DNA from: a virus
IMG/VR virus record: IMGVR_UViG_3300044960_000476
Coordinates: 5,725-69,724 of that record
Strand: one strand, 5' to 3'
DNA length: 64,000 nucleotides
Shown piece after piece: positions 23,637-31,838 of this stretch. The notes below the pieces were generated by a model. It searched no databases. It had not been told where the DNA came from and saw nothing but the letters and a program-made list of their open reading frames with translations. The position numbers and the translations under genes are program-made. The stretch's first letter is position 1. Each line of letters begins with the position of its first letter.

Positions 23637-24484
23637 TAGAAGACATTTTGAACCATACAGCTACATTCGGCACACCCCCGCCCGCAGATAGCGTAGAAGA
23701 CGTTTTATTGCGGGTTAAAGAGTATTTGTTATACTTGAATTCTAAAGGCGGAAAGATAATCATACAGTCAGAGTTGGTTTATCATTCTTCGGATGGGCCT
23801 GAGCCTGTGCTCAGGCCCAGTTCCGCCGGTAAATGTCCAAGAGCCTTGGCTTACAAGAAGTTATATCCTGATGAATGCGAACCGCTAACGTCACGAAGCA
23901 TAAGTGTTTTCGCGCTCGGTCATGTTATTCATGACATGGAGCGTCAGCTAATTAGCACTGTCTGTCCGTTACATGACGTTGAAAAGCAAGTTGAATTCGA
24001 CTTAGACGGACATAAAATAGTTGGTCATATTGACGGGCTATTGCAGCTAACTAACTCTTTAGTACTGCTTGATATTAAAACTACCAACGCTTCTAGTTAT
24101 GAGCGCATGCTTCGTGAAGGGCCAAGCCCTGACTATGTGGCTCAGTTAAATGTTTACCTAGCTGCTACAGGCTTAAAGGAGGGATACCTTTGGTTATTTA
24201 ACAAAGACACAGCACATAGGGCAATTTTGCCCGTAAGATACGACTATAAGGTTATAGAAGAAGTTAAAAAGCGTTGGCTGTCGGTGCTTTATGCTACAGT
24301 AGACAATATGCCCGACCGCGCATATAGTCCGATAAGCGAGGTGAGAAAAGGAAAACAAACCGGAAGAGAATACCTACCTTGGCAATGCAGCTATTGCGCC
24401 TTTGTGCGCAAATGTTGGGAGCCCGAAGGCTTTCAGTTGTTTATCGAGGACAATAAACCACGTTGGATACGTGAGCAAAGTTAA
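23633..24484 (+). CDS. Cas4/RecB-like PD-(D/E)XK exonuclease
   Basis: RPSSAGKCPR, GHIDG, DIKT, QLNVY, CSYC...C (Fe-S cysteines). Confidence 0.88.
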   Translation: MIEDILNHTATFGTPPPADSVEDVLLRVKEYLLYLNSKGGKIIIQSELVYHSSDGPEPVLRPSSAGKCPRALAYKKLYPDECEPLTSRSISVFALGHVIHDMERQLISTVCPLHDVEKQVEFDLDGHKIVGHIDGLLQLTNSLVLLDIKTTNASSYERMLREGPSPDYVAQLNVYLAATGLKEGYLWLFNKDTAHRAILPVRYDYKVIEEVKKRWLSVLYATVDNMPDRAYSPISEVRKGKQTGREYLPWQCSYCAFVRKCWEPEGFQLFIEDNKPRWIREQS

Positions 24485-24495
24485 CGGAGGTAAGC

Positions 24496-24990
24496 GTGAA
24501 TAAGGTATACTTTAGTGGTTTTGTACAAGTAACTGAACAAAATGCTACTTATAAAGGCACTGTGGGTAACGTTCCTGTATGGACCAACAGTACTGACATT
24601 GGTTCAAAGCTGCTCGAACTGAACGGCAAATACGCGCTTATTGAAGCTACCGTTTCGGCTCGGGAAAAGGACGGTAAGTACTACAACTCTATTTTCATCA
24701 ATAACGTAGTGCCTACCGGACCTGACGTTGCTGCACATACTTTGTATGCTTATGGCGTCATTGAGGCCGCCCGCACTATTAAGCCCGGTTTTTACGAATA
24801 CATCATGCGTACTAACGGTAAGAACCGTAGCCACTATATAAGCCTAACTTCCAGTGAAGACTACACCGAACTGGTTGGTAAGGAGGCAACTGTCATTGCT
24901 AACATTGTTGGCCGTGATGGGCGGTGGCTTGACTTCCGTTTTGACCGCATGTTTGTGGAAGGTGTTGAGAAGGTTGACTTGCCGTTCTAA
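24496..24990 (+). CDS. Probable single-stranded DNA-binding protein
   Basis: MNKVYFSG start, beta-rich, C-terminal DLPF, replication context. Confidence 0.6.
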   Translation: MNKVYFSGFVQVTEQNATYKGTVGNVPVWTNSTDIGSKLLELNGKYALIEATVSAREKDGKYYNSIFINNVVPTGPDVAAHTLYAYGVIEAARTIKPGFYEYIMRTNGKNRSHYISLTSSEDYTELVGKEATVIANIVGRDGRWLDFRFDRMFVEGVEKVDLPF

Positions 24991-25472
24991 TGGACGTTCG
25001 GGAGAAGGGTAAACGTGCAGAGAGAGAATTGGTAGCCCTGCTAAAAAAGCAGGGCTACCAAGCACGTCGAGTATACGGAAGTGGCGCAATTGGCACGGCT
25101 CTCAAAATAAATAACGACACCGGGCAAGCCTTAAATGGCGACGTCTATGTGCCGGAACTCAAACTGGAAATTGAAGTTAAAAATAGAGCCGACTATCCGC
25201 GTTGGCTTGATGACCTGAATGGTAATATAGCTATTGAAGAAGACGGCGAGGTTTGGATAATACAAAATGGACCAAACCTTAAATGTTTTCTTGAACTGGA
25301 GGTAACATGCACGACGAAAAGTTTTTCGACAGTTTGGTTTCGGCGGTGGATGCAGCAGAGTCAAATATTGGCGATAAGGCTCAAAAGGAAAAAATGGATA
25401 CTGGCCCGAAGAGTCTTTCCTCGGCCCACTTCATCCACATTGCCAAAAGCCTTGGCGACGAAGCGCCGCTAG
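24990..25472 (+). CDS. Holliday junction resolvase (Hjc-like)
   Basis: REKGKRAERELV...GD...IEVKNR. Confidence 0.8.
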   Translation: MDVREKGKRAERELVALLKKQGYQARRVYGSGAIGTALKINNDTGQALNGDVYVPELKLEIEVKNRADYPRWLDDLNGNIAIEEDGEVWIIQNGPNLKCFLELEVTCTTKSFSTVWFRRWMQQSQILAIRLKRKKWILARRVFPRPTSSTLPKALATKRR

Positions 25473-25738
25473 ATGCTGAATACATTCACCCTTCTATTCT
25501 AGAGGTTGCTAAGTTCAGCTTGCCATTTGATGCAGAAGGCGAGGACGCCCGCAGAGTAGTAGCAATTGGTTATGGCTTAGGTTTTGCAGCTTGCCTAGCG
25601 TTAATGGACCCAAGAGCAGTCGTTAAGCCCATTCACACCGTTGTTGCAGGAATAATGGCAGGCTCGGCAGCTTACCACAACATTGAGGTGGCAGAAAATG
25701 CTGCTGACGGAGAGAATGTTACTCCTTCAGGAGGGTGA
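25307..25738 (+). CDS. Hypothetical protein
   Basis: GGAGGT RBS; overlaps the resolvase 3' end by about 165 nt. Confidence 0.6.
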   Translation: MHDEKFFDSLVSAVDAAESNIGDKAQKEKMDTGPKSLSSAHFIHIAKSLGDEAPLDAEYIHPSILEVAKFSLPFDAEGEDARRVVAIGYGLGFAACLALMDPRAVVKPIHTVVAGIMAGSAAYHNIEVAENAADGENVTPSGG

Positions 25739-26648
25739 CATTGACCCAAACACAGGGCGGCCCTACAATGGGCCGCCCATACGTCTTCGCTACATATGCA
25801 CTACCAATTTTAAACCCAAAGCCGTCGGAATGCACGAATACGTCAGCGTTGCTAGGTTTAGAAAGCCTTTCGAAGAAGTTGAAGCTGACTTTATCATCGA
25901 CTTGGATAACCTTCCTGCAAATGCGGTTGCCAACGCTGTTACTACGTTGCAAAAGTATGTCGAACAGCCACTACTTTACAACAGCGGTTCTAAAGGCTAC
26001 CATTTAGTTGTGCCTTGGCGTTACTTGGAATTACCCGAAGGTAACTGGAAGCCGGTTTATCAAGCCTTTGTAGAGGCTCATCACATTCCGGCTGACCTTA
26101 GCATTTACCGCGCCCGCAGTTTAATTCGGGTTCCTGGTAGCGTTAATGCACGCACAGGTAAAGTAAAGCGGCTTATTGACTATAGCGACATTGGCAACCC
26201 AAATGCGGAGGGAATTAACTATGAGGTAGGTAATGCAAGTAAGCTTCGTGAATGGCTTTTAGAGCACCGCGACGTAATTCCAGCACAAAAAACGTATGAG
26301 TACAACGACAACGAAGAAGTTTATATTAAACTTCGTCGTCTTGGCACTCCTTTCTGCGTACAAACGCTGTATTTTGACGGAATACCGGCACCCGGACTAC
26401 GAAATACCACTTATTGGACATTAGCTGCATACTACCGCAGTTCTGGTAAGCAACAAAATGAAGCTGAAGAATTGCTTGAAGAGTACGCGCGGCTGCATGA
26501 AGCTAATACTAAGACACCCGTTCATCAACGAATTGCGGAAGCACGTCGTGTTGTGGACGTGGTGTATCGGTATAAGCACAAGTTTTCATGCCGTCGGGTT
26601 GCGACGGAATTAGGAGTGTGTAACCCTGAATGCCCGTTATTGACTTGA
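25698..26648 (+). CDS. Archaeo-eukaryotic-type primase with C-terminal Cys cluster
   Basis: IIDLD, SGSKGYH, DLSIY...LIRVPGSVN, PFCV...RN...FSC...CNPECP. Confidence 0.85.
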   Translation: MLLTERMLLLQEGDIDPNTGRPYNGPPIRLRYICTTNFKPKAVGMHEYVSVARFRKPFEEVEADFIIDLDNLPANAVANAVTTLQKYVEQPLLYNSGSKGYHLVVPWRYLELPEGNWKPVYQAFVEAHHIPADLSIYRARSLIRVPGSVNARTGKVKRLIDYSDIGNPNAEGINYEVGNASKLREWLLEHRDVIPAQKTYEYNDNEEVYIKLRRLGTPFCVQTLYFDGIPAPGLRNTTYWTLAAYYRSSGKQQNEAEELLEEYARLHEANTKTPVHQRIAEARRVVDVVYRYKHKFSCRRVATELGVCNPECPLLT

Positions 26649-27121
26649 CTTCGTGGAAAATAAGTCCGCACGTTCGAAAGCACCTCAGCTTCACTCGGTA
26701 TAATGAAAATACCGGAGAAATACCGTCCATTATTAGTTTTCACGGACATCCAGTGCCTTCAAACAGAGTTGAAGTGTTTTACATTGGCGAAGGCCGACAA
26801 CATTTACGCTGCATGGTTAGCTTCAAACGCAGAAAAGCTAACTTAAAGCAAAACATTATCGAAGAGTATTACGTCTTTACGTTTCCGGCATGGCAAGGCA
26901 CTAACGATATCATTCACCTAATGGAAGAAGCCCCGGGAGAAACATATAAGGCATTTACTTTTGGTGCTTTGTTAAATATTGACCGTTATATACCAGTTGT
27001 TGAACGCATTAAACAGCAGTATAGCGTAGAGTTTTTACTTGACTTTGCACCAGAAGTACTAAACTTTGTGGACCCGGTACTGAATAAAAACTGGCACAAA
27101 GTCAAACAGCATTTATGGTAA
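26630..27121 (+). CDS. Hypothetical protein
   Basis: 163-aa ORF within the operon. Confidence 0.7.
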   Translation: MPVIDLTSWKISPHVRKHLSFTRYNENTGEIPSIISFHGHPVPSNRVEVFYIGEGRQHLRCMVSFKRRKANLKQNIIEEYYVFTFPAWQGTNDIIHLMEEAPGETYKAFTFGALLNIDRYIPVVERIKQQYSVEFLLDFAPEVLNFVDPVLNKNWHKVKQHLW

Positions 27122-27124
27122 AAT
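27114..27124 (+). promoter_or_regulatory. Extended -10 promoter
   Basis: TATGGTAAAAT upstream of AAGGAG and ATG 27140. Confidence 0.55.
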
Positions 27125-27139
27125 AGCAAAGGAGCCAAC

Positions 27140-27640
27140 ATGAGTCGTTCTTGGGAAAATGCTTACGCAATAGGAATAAAAGGCGAGGCAATTGCGCCTG
27201 CAATACTTCAACGCTTTTATCCCGGCGCTCAAGTTATTGCCGTGAAGGATACTAAAGACCAAAAATGGTTGCATAGTGACTTTGTTGTATACTACAAGAA
27301 CGACCGCTTTTTGGTTGAAACTAAATATGACACACATTCTACTGGCAATATTGCAGTCGAGTCGCATATCCATTATTTATCAAGTAACCGTATAGTTCCT
27401 GGTTGGCTACACAAAAGCAAAGCTGACCGTGTTTTGTACATTCTATCGGCTTTTAAAAGGGCGTATTTAATCGACTTGGCATGGCTACGCCTAGAAATAT
27501 CCAAGGGAAATTTCCGGCTAGCCAAGACTAATGTACAAGGTAAATATGAGCCGTATTTTTACCTTGTATCAATGCAAGCCCTAAACGCTCATAGAGTAAA
27601 TTCTATGAGTGTAGAGGAGGAAATACATGACACTGAATGA
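27140..27640 (+). CDS. PD-(D/E)XK nuclease-fold protein
   Basis: GIKGE...SDF...VETKYD...TGNIAVE...GWL...KAD. Confidence 0.7.
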   Translation: MSRSWENAYAIGIKGEAIAPAILQRFYPGAQVIAVKDTKDQKWLHSDFVVYYKNDRFLVETKYDTHSTGNIAVESHIHYLSSNRIVPGWLHKSKADRVLYILSAFKRAYLIDLAWLRLEISKGNFRLAKTNVQGKYEPYFYLVSMQALNAHRVNSMSVEEEIHDTE

Positions 27641-27968
27641 GTATCAGAGGGAGGCAAAACGAACAGCTATTTACAGGTATCCACTCATTTATACGGTACT
27701 AAAGTTAAATGGAGAAGCAGGCGAGCTAGCTGAAAAGGTAGGAAAACTGTTGAGGGATGAACACAGGTACGCATACCCAAACATGTTTTCTTACACACAG
27801 TCAGATAGAGAGGCATTGAAGAAAGAATTAGGTGACGTGCTTTGGTATGTAGCGGCTATAGCAACTGACTTGAACCTTACTTTGGAGGAAGTAGCGACCA
27901 CTAATCTTGCTAAACTGGCTGACCGTGCACAACGTGGTGTGTTGTCAGGCAATGGAGATGAGAGGTAA
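27627..27968 (+). CDS. MazG-like NTP pyrophosphohydrolase
   Basis: LNEYQ...[12 protein letters not shown]...KELGDVLWY...NLAKL. Confidence 0.9.
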   Translation: MTLNEYQREAKRTAIYRYPLIYTVLKLNGEAGELAEKVGKLLRDEHRYAYPNMFSYTQSDREALKKELGDVLWYVAAIATDLNLTLEEVATTNLAKLADRAQRGVLSGNGDER

Positions 27969-27972
27969 TACT

Positions 27973-28194
27973 ATGCAGAACGAGAAGACTGAAGTGAAGT
28001 ACCCCAAGCCCCCTCGCCCTGTGTTTACGGACAAAGGCGGTTTTAACCCCCTGGCTTACCTTGCTTACACTGTGGACGAGGAAAACAAAACCCTTACTAT
28101 TATTTATCCTGGTCATGAGCTTACTCTAACTGGACGTCCGGCTGCATTTTTCTTGCACCTAATGGGCGACGCTAGGACTAAAGTGTTTGAGTAA
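27973..28194 (+). CDS. Hypothetical protein
   Basis: GAGGT RBS before ATG 27973. Confidence 0.65.
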   Translation: MQNEKTEVKYPKPPRPVFTDKGGFNPLAYLAYTVDEENKTLTIIYPGHELTLTGRPAAFFLHLMGDARTKVFE

Positions 28195-28215
28195 CGCTAG
28201 CTAAAAGGAAAAAGC

Positions 28216-28872
28216 ATGAAAAACATAATTCTAAGCGGGTTAAAGTTTCATCCTAAGCTTGGCTATGCTTACCGCACTTATCGTCCAGTAGGTTTAACTT
28301 GTCCTTCTGAATGTCCGTTTTTGAATAATGGCTGCTATGCCCAAAGCGGGCCGACAGCTATTCACCAAAACAGAGCAGAAGGTAAAAGTTTACCGCTTGT
28401 AAATGCTTTTAAAAAGCTTATGCGCGGTGCTTTAGTTCGTCATATGGTTTCTGGCGACTTGTTTATTAACGACGAAGTTGACCAAGAAGCCATAGAAGAA
28501 ATTAAAGCTGCACATAAGGCTCGGCCTGACGTGAGGGGTTGGAGTTACACGCACGGCTGGCGGCGTTTGGATGCCGCCAGCCTTAATTTATCCAACCTAA
28601 CCTACAATGCTAGCTGCGAAACTCCTGAAGACGTCAAGCTAGCTTTGCAGTCGGGTTGGCCTGCTGTAATGGTGGTTCCTGAAAACCACCCAAAGCGTCA
28701 AGACTATGGCGAATTTGTTGCCGTGGTTTGCCCTAACCAAACTGCAGACATTACGTGCGACCGCTGTCAACTCTGTCTGAAGAAAGACAGAAAAATAAGC
28801 GGTAAGCCTATGGTTATTGCTTTTAGGGTGCACGGTGCTAAAAAGAAAGCAGCAGAAAAGCAGCTAAAATAG
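28216..28872 (+). CDS. Cys-rich phage protein (Gp88-like, radical-SAM-related fold, tentative)
   Basis: TCPSECP...CYA, RHMVSGD, YTH, NASCE, CPNQ...CDRCQLC, FRVHG. Confidence 0.6.
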   Translation: MKNIILSGLKFHPKLGYAYRTYRPVGLTCPSECPFLNNGCYAQSGPTAIHQNRAEGKSLPLVNAFKKLMRGALVRHMVSGDLFINDEVDQEAIEEIKAAHKARPDVRGWSYTHGWRRLDAASLNLSNLTYNASCETPEDVKLALQSGWPAVMVVPENHPKRQDYGEFVAVVCPNQTADITCDRCQLCLKKDRKISGKPMVIAFRVHGAKKKAAEKQLK

Positions 28873-28874
28873 AG

Positions 28875-29228
28875 GTGTCTATGGATGGCCTGTACCACCG
28901 TCAGCTTGGGTTTCCAAACGTGCCGCTTCCATGCGGCACGTTTTTGCTTAGTTACACCCGGCATGCGCTGAAAGAAGCGCTGACGGACTGTTACAGCTGT
29001 ATTCAATTGCCGCCTAGTTTACAAGTAACGCCCGAAAGCATTGTTGAAATTGAAGTTAAACAAAAAACTGTGGTTAAAGTTTTAGTTAGAATTGAGTATT
29101 CTAATGACTTTGACCTGTGCTTAGTGTTAAAGCCGCACCACCTTTGGGCAACGGTATTGACGGTGTGGCTTAATAAACGCAATGACCAGCATTCTACGTT
29201 AAATATAAGCCGATATAAGTTGCCGTAA
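28875..29228 (+). CDS. Conserved phage hypothetical protein
   Basis: YTRHA...EIE...DLCLV...TVWLN...DQHSTL. Confidence 0.65.
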   Translation: MSMDGLYHRQLGFPNVPLPCGTFLLSYTRHALKEALTDCYSCIQLPPSLQVTPESIVEIEVKQKTVVKVLVRIEYSNDFDLCLVLKPHHLWATVLTVWLNKRNDQHSTLNISRYKLP

Positions 29229-29239
29229 GGAGGTGCTAA

Positions 29240-29821
29240 GTGGGGTTAAAAATAGCATTGCATGGCTATGGTAGGGCCGGTAAAGACACTGCAGGCGCGG
29301 TACTATGCGAAGTAATTCCCGGCATGACCAGGGTTGCTTTGGCGGACTTTATCAAAGAAGACGTCGCTCAGTATGTTGAGCATTTGACTGGAATTAACGT
29401 ATGGAATTGCGACGAAAAAGAAAAAGAGTTAATTCGCGGGTTTCTTATTGCCGCCGGTAACTACCGATATCAAAAGTACCTGTATAAGCTAATGTCCAAA
29501 GTTGCCCAATGCGCTCATGTTGTAAATACGAGAATTTATAGGCTCGAAGAATGTGAAGCGTGGCTTGACGCGGGCGGCATTATCGTTGAGGTTAGACGTG
29601 CAAACAACCCGCCTAAAGAGCCTTATGAAGCTGAATACCTTGAGTTGGCCCGACAGCGTGGGTATATACACTATGTACTAGAAAACAACAGCGACTTGGA
29701 AAGCTTTAAAACCAAGGTAGCAAAGTGGGGCGAGGAGTTGTTTCTAAAATGGAGAAAAACCTTTTCCATCCAGACTTTATATACTTACTTAAAAAACTTA
29801 AGCCAAGCACAGCCGTCTTGA
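29240..29821 (+). CDS. Deoxynucleoside monophosphate kinase-like protein
   Basis: P-loop GYGRAGKDT, ALADFIKE, GGIIVEVRR, LENNSDLE. Confidence 0.8.
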   Translation: MGLKIALHGYGRAGKDTAGAVLCEVIPGMTRVALADFIKEDVAQYVEHLTGINVWNCDEKEKELIRGFLIAAGNYRYQKYLYKLMSKVAQCAHVVNTRIYRLEECEAWLDAGGIIVEVRRANNPPKEPYEAEYLELARQRGYIHYVLENNSDLESFKTKVAKWGEELFLKWRKTFSIQTLYTYLKNLSQAQPS

Positions 29822-30120
29822 TATGTCCTTATTGTGCCGCACCCATTGCTGTAAAAATGGCTATTGGATATACTGAATATGACCGGTGTAGCTCGCCCGA
29901 ATGTTTAACAATTGGAGAAAGGTTTAGGCAAGAGTGGCGTAACATGGGTATAAAACCAATGCGGCTGAATGAAGTAATTAGAGCGCTGCGTTCTATTCAG
30001 GAGCAAAAGACTGACATAATAGCTAAAGAAGCACTTGCCAATAACCCAATAGTATTGGCTTGGCTTCATATGCTGGAGGAAAATGATGCTACAAGGGCTA
30101 CCGACAATTCAACCGGATAA
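29749..30120 (+). CDS. Hypothetical Zn-binding protein
   Basis: CPYC...CSSPEC; GAGGAG RBS. Confidence 0.6.
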   Translation: MEKNLFHPDFIYLLKKLKPSTAVLICPYCAAPIAVKMAIGYTEYDRCSSPECLTIGERFRQEWRNMGIKPMRLNEVIRALRSIQEQKTDIIAKEALANNPIVLAWLHMLEENDATRATDNSTG

Positions 30121-30619
30121 ACTTGACGGTGCTGCTAAACATGAGCAAGCACGAAAGTTATATAACTTATTCAAAAAGACTTTGAGAAATTTTCAAACCC
30201 ATATAGAAAAAACCATACCCGAATTGCATCATGTTGAGGCCAACGTTGACCGAGAATATGTGAGTAAAAACTTTAACCGTATGTCGTTTCTAGTTATTTC
30301 CAGTTTTTATTCGGTCATGACCTTTACTGATTGGCAAGCGTATCAGGAAAGCCAATTTCCTATTCTTCCAATGCATGAAGCCTGTGAAATTGAAACTAAC
30401 GTTTCAAGCGATGCGTTTTTAGTTATTCAGCCTGAACTTATTAACCCTACTGAATTAGCTGTCTTTTGGTCAATGGAGAAGCTAGGCGGCGGCATGGCGT
30501 GGCCCAAGCTACCTAACACTACTTTTTGGTCAGGGCATGTAGACTTTCCTTTTTTTGAACCCAGAGCTTTTGAAAAGCGATATTTGTATCTAATAGATAA
30601 TTACCCCGTTTACACTTGA
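30083..30619 (+). CDS. Hypothetical protein
   Basis: GGAGGA RBS, 178 aa. Confidence 0.75.
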   Translation: MMLQGLPTIQPDKLDGAAKHEQARKLYNLFKKTLRNFQTHIEKTIPELHHVEANVDREYVSKNFNRMSFLVISSFYSVMTFTDWQAYQESQFPILPMHEACEIETNVSSDAFLVIQPELINPTELAVFWSMEKLGGGMAWPKLPNTTFWSGHVDFPFFEPRAFEKRYLYLIDNYPVYT

Positions 30620-30626
30620 GGTTATT

Positions 30627-30839
30627 ATGTCGCACTTACCGCCGGAATTAAAACCAAAATGTCCGCGCTGTAAGAAAGACACATTAGTAGAAAAGTTTCA
30701 TCGTGGCGAACCTGTTTACTGTTGTTACGACTGTCGTTGGTGTTGGCACATAGATGATGAAATGCTATGGGAGGCTATATATGCGTCTACTAAACCTAAT
30801 CGCAAACGTGTGGGCAAGACTAAACGGTCTTCTGTATGA
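30627..30839 (+). CDS. Zn-ribbon protein
   Basis: CPRC...CYDC. Confidence 0.65.
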   Translation: MSHLPPELKPKCPRCKKDTLVEKFHRGEPVYCCYDCRWCWHIDDEMLWEAIYASTKPNRKRVGKTKRSSV

Positions 30840-31125
30840 CTACACCCTACAACCAGAAGGCGTAAAAGTTTATGTAGTCAAAAAGCTTTGGCCTAAATGG
30901 GCTGCAGCACAGACAATAGGTGAGTCTATTGTTATGCATGTAAACTTTGACGGCCATGCTCAAATATTCAACCACGAAATGATACATGTAAAACAATTTC
31001 GTCAATATGGGCTCCTACTTCCCTTGCTTTATGCATTTGACTGCATAGTCAAGTTTGCTCAAGGAAAACACTATTACTTTGACAACAGGTTTGAAGTTGA
31101 AGCTAGAGAGGTGAGTGGATGGTAA
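30781..31125 (+). CDS. Zincin-like (HExxH) small protein
   Basis: AQTIG...HEMIHVKQ...FEVEAR; GGGAGG RBS. Confidence 0.7.
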   Translation: MRLLNLIANVWARLNGLLYDYTLQPEGVKVYVVKKLWPKWAAAQTIGESIVMHVNFDGHAQIFNHEMIHVKQFRQYGLLLPLLYAFDCIVKFAQGKHYYFDNRFEVEAREVSGW

Positions 31126-31838
31126 AGCCCGTACTTGATAAAGGCTTTGTCCGGTTGGTGGGCTATAACGTTGACTTAATTGACGCAAAAGAAGAAAATT
31201 TTGGCTTTGTGCTATTCAATGGGCACACTCTTGATGCACAAATTGTGCGTGCAGCTAGAGTTAGTTATGGGCATGGCACTAAGACTGTGCGCGATGACGC
31301 CAAGCTTATCAAGTATTTGTTAAAGCATGAGCACTGGTCACCATTTGAAATGGTGGAATTTAAATTTCATGTTAAAGCCCCTATTTTTGTAGCAAGGCAA
31401 TGGTTTAGGCATCGCACGGCAAACGTAAACGAAATATCAGGACGCTATTCTGTGTTGCCTGAAGAAGTTTATATTCCTGAAGCTTTTCGCAAACAAGACG
31501 AAAAAAACAAACAAGGCTCAAACGGTACGCTAGATGAATACACAAATGCTCACGCCATTGATGCATACACAGAAGCCGTAGCTTATGCTTTCGAAGCTTA
31601 TAAAGCTTTGTTAAAAGCAGGCGTTGCAAGAGAAATGGCGCGTATGGTGTTGCCTTTGTCTACATACACCGAGTTTTACTGGAAGCAAGACTTGCGCAAC
31701 CTCTTGCATTTCCTGCGCCTGCGCATGGACCAGCACGCGCAGTGGGAAATTCAAGAATACGCTCGCGCTATTCTGTCCATAATTGAACCATTCTTGCCTA
31801 TTACTATTAACGCTTGGAAGGAGCTTCAAGATGAGTGA
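31119..31838 (+). CDS. thyX: Flavin-dependent thymidylate synthase
   Basis: AARVSY, HWSPFE, RQWFRHR...NEISGRY, AREMARMVLP, HAQWEI. Confidence 0.97.
   Translation: MVKPVLDKGFVRLVGYNVDLIDAKEENFGFVLFNGHTLDAQIVRAARVSYGHGTKTVRDDAKLIKYLLKHEHWSPFEMVEFKFHVKAPIFVARQWFRHRTANVNEISGRYSVLPEEVYIPEAFRKQDEKNKQGSNGTLDEYTNAHAIDAYTEAVAYAFEAYKALLKAGVAREMARMVLPLSTYTEFYWKQDLRNLLHFLRLRMDQHAQWEIQEYARAILSIIEPFLPITINAWKELQDE

Noticed and set aside
23633-24484. Cas4-like gene as part of a CRISPR-Cas locus
   Set aside because: It sits in a recombination/replication operon with no other cas genes or array.
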